Below, piece by piece: positions 29,823 through 37,596 of a DNA stretch of 64,000 nt (the stretch's first letter is position 1; every line of letters begins with the position of its first letter). The DNA comes from the human T2T-CHM13v2.0 reference genome, Homo sapiens. The notes below the pieces were generated by a model, which saw only the letters and a program-made list of their open reading frames with translations, did not search any database and was not told the DNA's origin. Location: positions 10,272,001 to 10,336,000 of the forward strand of contig CP068257.2 in the NCBI GenBank assembly GCA_009914755.4, read 5' to 3'. Position numbers and translations under genes: made by a program.

Positions 29823-30693
29823 CCATTCCATTTCATTCCATTCCAATCCTTTCCATTCCACTCCGTTCCACTCCACTCCACTGCACTCCAATCTGCTGCA
29901 CTCCACTCCATTCCACTCCACTCCACTGCACTCCAATCCATTCCATTTCACTCTATGCCACTGCTTTCCATTACATTGCATTCCATTTCAATCCTCTCCA
30001 TTCCAATCCATTCCACTCCACTCCAATCCACTCCACTCCACTCCACTTCATTCCATTCCATTCCATTCCATTCCCTTCCACTCCACACCATTCCATTTTA
30101 CTCCACTCCCCTCTACTCCACTCCATTCCATTAAATTCCATTCCACTCCTCTTCATTCCATTCGATTTCATTCCATTCCATTACATTCCAGTCCACAGCA
30201 CTCCTATACACTCCACACCACTCCACTCCACACTACTCCACTCCATTCCATTCCTCTCCACTCCACTCCATTCCATTCCATTCCATTCCATTCCATTCCA
30301 TTCTACTCCACTGCATTCCATTCCATTCCACTCCACTGAAGTCCACCCACTCCATTTCACTCCATTCCACTTCCATCCACTCCATTCCACTCCATTCCAT
30401 TCCACTCCACTCCATTCCATTCCATTTCATTCCATTCCTTTCAATCCCACTCCATTCCACTCCATTTCACTCCACTCCTTCCACTCCTTTCCATTCCACT
30501 ACACTACATTCTCCTCCTTTCCATTCCATTCCTCTCCCTTCCATACCATTCCTTTCCACTCCATTCCACTCCACTCAATTCCATTCCACTCCATTCAATT
30601 CCATTCCACTCCATTACACTCTATTCCACTCTATTCCACTCCATTCCATTCCACTCTTCTCCCTTCCATGAAATTCTACTCCATTGTATTCCA

Positions 30694-30772
30694 TTCCTTT
30701 ATTTCGACTGGATCTCACTCTGTGACCCAGACTGGAGTGCAGTGACAGAATTTTAGCTCACATTTCATTTCA
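30694..30772 (-). repeat. Alu 3'-end-derived segment (copy 24)
   Basis: cctttatttcgactggatctcactctgtgacccagactggagtgcagtgacagaattttagctcacatttcatttcac. Confidence 0.85.
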
Positions 30773-33671
30773 CCATTCCATTCCGTTCCATTTCATTCCA
30801 TTCTATTCCATTCCATTCCATTACACTCCAATCCACTCCACTCCACTCCTTTTCATTCCGTCCGACTCCACTCAACTCCCCTCCGCTTCACTCCACTCCA
30901 CTCCATTCCATTCCACTCCACTCCATTCCATTCCACTCCACTCCGTTACTTTCCTTTCCATTCCAGTCCACTGCACTCCAATCCATTCCTCTCAACCTCA
31001 CTCCAGTTCACTGTTTTCCATTCCGTTCCATTCCATTCCGTTCCATTTCATTCCTTTCCACTCCATTCCAATCCACTCCACTCTACTCCACTGCACTCCA
31101 CTCCATTCCATTCCATTCCGTTCCATTCCATTCCACAGCACTCCGATCCACTCCACTGCACTCCAATCCACTCCACTCCATTCCATTCCACTCCATTCCA
31201 TTACACTCCACTTCCCTCCATTTCAATCCACTCCCTTCCATTCCACTTCACTCCACTCCATTTTACTCCACTCCATTCAATTCCACTTCACTCCACTCCA
31301 TTCCACTCCACTCCATTCCATTCCATTCCTTTCCATGCCATTCCATTCCACTCCACTCCATTCCATTCCACTCCATTCCATTCCACTCCATTCCATTCCA
31401 TTCCATTCCATTCCATTCCATTCCATTCCATGCCATTCCATTCCATGCCATTCCTCTCCACTCCGTTCCACTCCACTCCACATCACTCCACTGGATTCCA
31501 TTTCAGTCCACTCCACTCCATTCCATTCAATTCCATTGCACTCCACTCCATTCCATTGTACTACAGTCCACCCAATTCCATTGTACTACACTCCACTCCA
31601 TCCCATTGTACTACACTCCACTCCATTCCACTGTACTCCACTCCACTCCACTCCACTCCAATCCACTTCGTTCCATTAAATTTCATTCCACTCCACTCCT
31701 TTCCATTTCATTCCATTCCATTCCAGTCCACTGCACTCTGATCCACTCCACTCAACTCCACTCCACTCCACTCCCCTCCACTCCTTTCCATTCCGTTCCA
31801 TTCCACTCCAATCTATTCCATTCCATTTCGTTCCATTCCATTCCATTCCACTGTACTGCATTTCATTCCTCTCCATTCACTCCACTCCACTCCCCTCATT
31901 CCATTCCATTCCATTCCACTGCACTCCAATCAATTCCACTCCACTCCACTCCATTCTATTCCATTCCACTCCATTATATTCCGTTGCACTTCACTCCATT
32001 CCACTCCACTACATTCCATTCCACTCCACTCAATTCCACTCCAATCCACTCCCTTCCGTTCCACTTCACTCAATTCCATTCCACTCCACTCCATTCCATT
32101 CCACTCCACTCCATTCCATTCCATTGCAGCCCATTCCACTCCACTCCATTCCTTTTCATTCCACTCCATTCCATTCCATTCCATTCCATTCCACTCCACT
32201 CCATTCCTGTCCACTCCACTCTACTCCACTCTATTCCCTCCCTCTCCACTCCACTCCACTCCATTCCATTCCATTCCATTCTATTCCATTCCAATCCATT
32301 CCACTGCACTCCATTCCACTCCACTCCAATCTACTCCACTCCACTCCATTCCCTTCCATTTGGTTCCATTCCATTCCTTCCATTCCATTCCACTCCATTC
32401 CTCTCCACTCCACTCCATTCCACTGCATTCTACTCCATTCCCCTCCACTCCACTCCAATGCACTCCACTCCACTCCTTTCCATTCCATTCCATTGCATTC
32501 CACTGCATTCCAATCCACTCCCCTCTACTCCACTACACTCCACTCAACTCCACTCCTTTCCATTCTGTTCCTTTCCGTTCTGTACCGTTTCATTCCATTC
32601 CACTCTATTCCATTCCACTCCACTCCACTCCATTTCACTCCATAGCACTCCATTCCACTGCACTCCACTCCACTCCTCTCCACTCCACTCCACTCCATTC
32701 CATTCCACTCAATTGCATTCCTTTCCATTCCATTCCACTCCATTCCACTAAACTCCATTCCACTCCACTCCACTCCATTATACTATATTCCTCGTCATTC
32801 CATTCTATTCCATTCCATTCCTCTCTATTCCATTTAATTCTTTCCACTCCATTCCACTCCACTCCATTCCACTACACTCCATTCCACTCCACTCCACTCC
32901 ATACCACTCCATTCCATTCCACTCCACTCTATTCCATTTCATTAACTTCCATTCCATTCCATTCCACTACACGCCAGTCCACTCCACTCAACTCACTTCA
33001 CTCCACTCCTTTCCCTTCCATTCCATTCTATTTCATTCCATTCAATTCCATTCCATTCCATTCCACTCCATTCCACTCCACTCCATTCCATTCCATGGCA
33101 TTCTACTCCATTCCACTGCACTCCCTTCCACTCCACTCCATTTTACTCCATTCCATTACTCCACTCCACTCCACTCCATTCCATTCCATTCCGTTCCACT
33201 GCACTCCGATCCACTCCTCTCAACTCCACTCCACTCCACTCTGTTCCATTCCATTCCGTTTCATTCTGTACCATTCTGTTCCATTCCACTCCATTCCATG
33301 CCAGTCCACTCCATTCCATTCCACTCCATTTCACTCCATTCCACTACATTCTACTCCATTCCACCCCATTCCACTTCACTCCATTCCACTCCTCTCCACT
33401 CCACTCCATTCCATTCCACTGATTTGCGTTCCATTCCATTCCACTCATTTCCATTCCATTCCATTCCATTCCTCTCCATTCTACTCCACTCCATTCCATT
33501 ATGCTGCATTCCACTTCATTCCATTCCATTCCATTCGTCTCTATTCCATTTCTTTCCGTTCTGCTCAATTCCACTTTACTCCATCCCAGTACACTCCATT
33601 CCACTCCGTTCCACTGCATTCCATTCCACTCCACCTCATTCCTTTCCACTTTACTCCATTCAATTCCATTG

Positions 33672-33748
33672 CTTTATTTCGATTGGATGTCACTCTGTCA
33701 CCCAGACTGTATTGCAGTGGCACAATTTTAGCTCACATTACGTTTCAC
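33672..33748 (-). repeat. Alu 3'-end-derived segment (copy 25)
   Basis: gctttatttcgattggatgtcactctgtcacccagactgtattgcagtggcacaattttagctcacattacgtttcac. Confidence 0.85.
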
Positions 33749-34091
33749 CATTCCATTCCATTCCATTCCATTCCATTCCATTCCATTCCATTCCATTCCA
33801 CTCCACTCCACACCACTCTACTCCACTCCACTCCATTCCATTCCACTCCATTCCATGCCATTTCATTCCATTCCATTCCACTGCACTCCGATCCACTCCA
33901 CTCAACTGCACTACTCTCCACTCCACTTCATTCCTTTACCTTCCATTCCATTCTGTTCCTTTCCATTCCATTCCACTCTACTCCATTCCATTCCCCTCGT
34001 TCCACTCCAGTCCACTGCACTCCACTCCACTCCACTCTGCTCCACTCCACTCCAATCCATTCCCTTCCATTCTACTGCATTCCATTCGATT

Positions 34092-34170
34092 ACTTTATTT
34101 CAATTGGATCTCACTTTGTCAACCAGACTGTAGTGCAGTGGCAAAATCTTAGCTCACAATGCATTTCACC
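34092..34170 (-). repeat. Alu 3'-end-derived segment (copy 26)
   Basis: tactttatttcaattggatctcactttgtcaaccagactgtagtgcagtggcaaaatcttagctcacaatgcatttcac. Lies only about 420 bp downstream of copy 25. Confidence 0.85.
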
Positions 34171-35638
34171 ATTCTTTTCCATTCCATTCAACTCCATTCC
34201 ATTCCATTCCACTCCACTCCACTGCACTCCACTTCACTCTACTCTCCTGCACTCCCTTCCATCCCACTTCACTCCATTCCATTCCATTCCGTTCCGTTCC
34301 GTTCCGTTCCGTTCCATTCCATTCCGTTCCATTCCATTCCTTTCCTTTCCACTGCACTCAGATTGACTCGACTCAACTCCACTGCACTCCACTCCATTCC
34401 GTTCCATTCCTTTCCATTCCATTCCTTTCCTTTATGTTCCATTCCATTCCTATCCACTCCAAACAATTCCAGTCCACTCCTTTCCATTAAATTCCTCTTC
34501 ACTCCACTCCACTAAACTCCACTCCTTCCCATTCCATTCCACTGCACTCTGATGCACCCCACTCAACTCCACTCCACTCTACTCCACTCCACTCCATTCA
34601 ATTCTGCTGCCCTCCAATCCACTCCACTGCACTCCACTCCCTTCCTTTCCATTCCAATCCATACCATTCCACTGCACTCCTCTCCATTCCACTCCACTCC
34701 ATTCCATTCCACTCCACTCCATTCCATTCCACTTCACTCCATTCCATTCCACTCCACTCCTTTCCATTCCACTCCACTCCATCCCATTCCTTTCCATTCC
34801 ATTACATTCCATTACATTCCACTCCACTCCATCCCATTCCTTTCTATTCCGTTCCATTCCATTCCATTCCATTCCATTCCTTTCCATTCCATTCCACTGC
34901 ACTCCGATCCACTCCACTCAACTCCTCTCCACTGTATTCCATTCTGTTCCATTCCGTTGCATTCCATTCCTTTCCATTCCTTTCAATTTCATTCCATTCC
35001 ATTCCATTCCACTCCACTCCATGCCATTCCACTCCATTCCACTCTACTCCACTCCACTCCAATCCCCTCCACTCTACTCCCTTACATTCCATTCCATTCC
35101 ATTGCACTGCATTCCTATCCACTCCACTCAACTCCATTGCACTCTACTCCACTTCATTCCACTGTGTTGCATTCCATTTCATTCATTTCCTCTCCATTCC
35201 ATTCCACTCCATTCCATTCCACTCCACTCGATTCCACTCCACTCCATTTCACTCCATTGCACTCCATTCCACTCCACTCCACTCCATTCCATTCCACTCT
35301 ATTACATTCCATTCCACTCCATTCCATTCAATTCCATTCCATACCATTCCACTCCATTCAACTCCACTTCACTCCACTCCACTCCAATTCCCTCCACTCC
35401 ACTCCAATCCACTCCACTCCACTCCATTCCATTCCACTCCATTCCATTCCACTTCACTCTGCTCCATTCCATTCCACTACACTCCACTCCATTCCATTCC
35501 ATTTTTTTGAAATCCACTCCATTCCATTTCACTCCACTCCACCCCAATCCACACCACTCCACTTCACTCCACTCCATTCCATTCCATTCCATTCCATTCC
35601 ATTCCATTCCATTCCATTCCATTCCACTGCACTCCAAT

Positions 35639-36412
35639 CTTCACATAAAATGTAGACAGAAGCTTTCTGAGAAACTTTTCTCTGATGTGTGCATTCATCT
35701 CACAGATGTGAACCATTCTTTTGTTTGAGCAGTTTGGTAACATTCTTTTTGTAGAATCTGCAAAAGGATATTTGTGAGCACTTTGAAGCCTATGGTGAAA
35801 AAGGAAATATCTTCAGAGAAAAACTAGAAAGAAGGTTTCTGAGAAACTGCTTTGTCATGTGTGAATTAGTCTCACAGATTTGAACCTTTCTGTTGATTGA
35901 ACATATTGGAAACCTTCTTTTTGTAGAATCTGCAAAGGGATATTTGTGAACACTTGGAGGCCAATGGTGAAAAAGGAAATATATTCACATGAAAACTAGA
36001 CAGAATCTTTCTGAGACACTTCTGTGTTTGGAGTGCACTCATCTCAAACAGTTGAACCTTTCTTTTGATTGAGCAGTTTGGAAACAGTCTTTTTGTAGGA
36101 TCAGCAATGAGATGTTTGTGAGTGCTTTGAGGCCTATGGCAAAAAAGGAAATATCTTCACATAACAACTAGACAGAAGGTTTCTGAGAAACTGCTTTGTA
36201 ATGTGTGCATTCATCTCCCAGTGGTAAACATTTATTTTCATTGAGCAGATGGGAAACTTTTTTCTTGTAGAATCTGCAAAGGGATATTTGTGAGTGCTTT
36301 GAGGCCTATGGTGAAAAAGGAAATATCTTCATATAAAATGTAGACAGAAGCTTTCTGAGAAATTTATTTGTGATGTGTGCATTCTTCTCATAGAGTTGAA
36401 CCATTCTTCTCT
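35639..36412 (+). repeat. Alpha satellite, divergent ~171 bp monomers, + (conventional) orientation
   Basis: Monomers of the form ...ttgtagaatctgcaaaggatatttgtgagcactttgaagcctatggtgaaaaaggaaatatcttca...aaactagacagaagc...ttctgagaaacttctttgtgatgtgtgcattcatctcacagagttgaacc. The pJalpha-type motif TTCCTTTTTCACCATAG is present on the complement. No CENP-B box was seen. Confidence 0.96.
36397..36411. other. Candidate TSD (left copy) of L1 insertion 1
   Basis: ttgaaccattcttct sits immediately before the L1 poly-T tail. It matches gtgaagcattctttt at 37582-37596, about 14 bp with 2-3 mismatches. Confidence 0.5.
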
Positions 36413-37582
36413 ATTTTTTTGGGAGCTCTGGGTTTATTTATTTATTTATTTACTTTTATTATTATTATACTTTAATTTTTAGGGAACATGTGTACAACGT
36501 GCTAGTTTGTTACACATGTATACATGTGCCATGTTTGTGTGCTGCACCCATGAACTCATCATTTAGCATTAGGTATATCTCCTAAGGCTATCCCTCCCCC
36601 TCCCCACACCTGACTACAGTCCCTGGTGTGTGGTGTGTGATGTTTCCCTTCCTGTGTCCATGTGTTCTCTTTGATCAACTCCCAACTATGAGTGAGAACA
36701 TGTGGTGTTTTATTTTTTGTCCTTGCAATAGTTCACTGAGAATGATGGTTTCCAGCTTCATCCATGTCCCTACAAAGAACATGAACTCATCATTTTTTAT
36801 GGCTGCATAGTGTTCCATGATGTATATGTGCCACATTTTCTTCATCCAGTCTATCGTGGTTGGACATTTACGTTGGTTCCAAGTCTTTGCTATTGTGAAT
36901 AGTGCCACTATAAACATATGTGTGCATGTGTCTTTATAGCAGCATGATTTATAATCCTTTGGGTATATACCCAGTAATGGCATGGCTGGGTCAAGTGGTA
37001 TTTCTAGTTCTAGATCCCTGAGGAATCTCCTTACCGACTTCCACAATGGTTGAACTAGTTTACAGTCCCATTAACAGTGCAAAAATGTTCCTATTTCTCA
37101 CATCCTCTCCAGCACCTGTTGTTTCCTGACTTTTTAATGATCGCCATTCTAACTGGTGTGAGATGGTATCTCATTGTGGTTTGACTTGCATTTCTCTGAT
37201 GGCCAGTGAAGATGAGCATTTTTTCATTTGTTCATTGGCTGCATAAATGTCTTCTTTTGAGAAATGTCTGTTCATATCCTTTGCCCACTTTTTGATGGAG
37301 TTGTTTGTTTTTTTCCTGTAAATTTGTCTGAGTTCATTGTAGATTCTAGATATTAGCCCTTTGTCAGATGAATAGGTTTCAAAAATTTTCTCCCATTCCG
37401 TAGGATGCCTGTTCACTCTGATGGTGGTTTCTTTTGCTGTGCAGAAGCTCCTTAGTTTAATGAGATCCCATTTGTCAATTGTGGCTTTTGTTGACATTGC
37501 TTTAGGTGTTTTAGACATGAAGTACTTGCCCTTGTCTATGTCCTGAATGGTATTGCCTAGGTTTTCTTCTAGAGATTTTATG
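36413..37582 (-). mobile_element. L1 (LINE-1) 5'-truncated 3' fragment: ORF2 C-terminus, 3'UTR and A-tail
   Basis: On the + strand, poly-T and (TAAA)n-like tail, then agggaacatgtgtacaacgtgctagtttgttacacatgtatacatgtgccatg, which is the antisense L1 3'UTR end. The - strand ORFs 36675-37046 (MWKSVRRFLRDLELEIP...IDWMKKMWHIYIMEHYAAIKNDEFM) and 37171-37590 (...[34 protein letters not shown]...[36 protein letters not shown]) match the L1 ORF2 C-terminal region. A 12-nt non-L1 stretch, gggagctctggg, sits inside the tail. Confidence 0.95.
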
Positions 37583-37590
37583 TGAAGCAT
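36675..37590 (-). pseudogene. L1 ORF2 C-terminal remnant (two frame-shifted ORF pieces)
   Basis: Protein similarity to L1 ORF2p C-terminus motifs (HYAAIKNDEFM, CWRGCG-region, FSKEDIYAA). Interrupted reading frame and 5'-truncated. Confidence 0.9.
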
Positions 37591-37596
37591 TCTTTT
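37582..37596. other. Candidate TSD (right copy) of L1 insertion 1
   Basis: gtgaagcattctttt follows the L1 5' truncation point directly. The alpha monomer phase resumes where the left copy broke. Confidence 0.5.

Larger units (their letters stand above)
1..35638. repeat. HSat3-type pentameric satellite array, (ATTCC)n on + strand = (GGAAT)n on - strand
   Basis: Near-continuous ccattccattcc pentamers with cactc/caact/cattg variants. The tcga/cgat-rich 10-mers typical of HSat2 are almost absent. The + strand has almost no G outside the embedded Alu pieces. All ORFs in the track (HSIPFHS..., MEWNGMEW...) are periodic translations of the pentamer. Confidence 0.93.

Noticed and set aside
2436-34170. 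Regularly recurring ~77 bp repeat separated by variable spacers, superficially CRISPR-like
   Set aside because: The spacers are pure pentameric satellite of 0.4-4 kb, the repeat is an Alu fragment, and the context is primate satellite DNA. This is not a prokaryotic CRISPR array, and no cas-like ORFs exist.
502-35110. The ccactgcactcc core of the punctuation motif as a second, sense-oriented Alu remnant (Alu ends ...GCCACTGCACTCCAGCCTGGG)
   Set aside because: Only a 12-mer matches, and the following 20 nt (gatccactccactcaactcc) do not align to Alu. A 12-mer match in a C/A/T-rich repeat is not convincing.
1-35638. HSF1 heat-shock elements in the GGAAT repeats
   Set aside because: (GGAAT)n gives nGAAn units only in direct orientation. 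A canonical HSE needs alternating inverted nGAAn/nTTCn units. I cannot support discrete HSE calls from sequence alone, even though HSF1 association with 9q12 HSat3 is known.
1-35638. Classification as HSat2 instead of HSat3
   Set aside because: HSat2 is dominated by degenerate ATTCCATTCG-type 10-mers rich in tcga/cgat and atg. Here clean ATTCC pentamers dominate, and tcga occurs essentially only in the Alu-derived tttcgactgg piece.
60-35655. Hundreds of long ORFs on both strands with periodic peptides (HSIPFHSTPLHS... and MEWNGMEWSGVE...), some over 700 aa (5779-8067, 23991-26318)
   Set aside because: They are translations of the (ATTCC)n/(GGAAT)n pentamer in all frames. Stop codons are simply rare in this low-complexity sequence. 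There are no start contexts, no domain signatures, overlapping ORFs in every frame, and the ORF boundaries coincide with the Alu-derived pieces. They are not genes.
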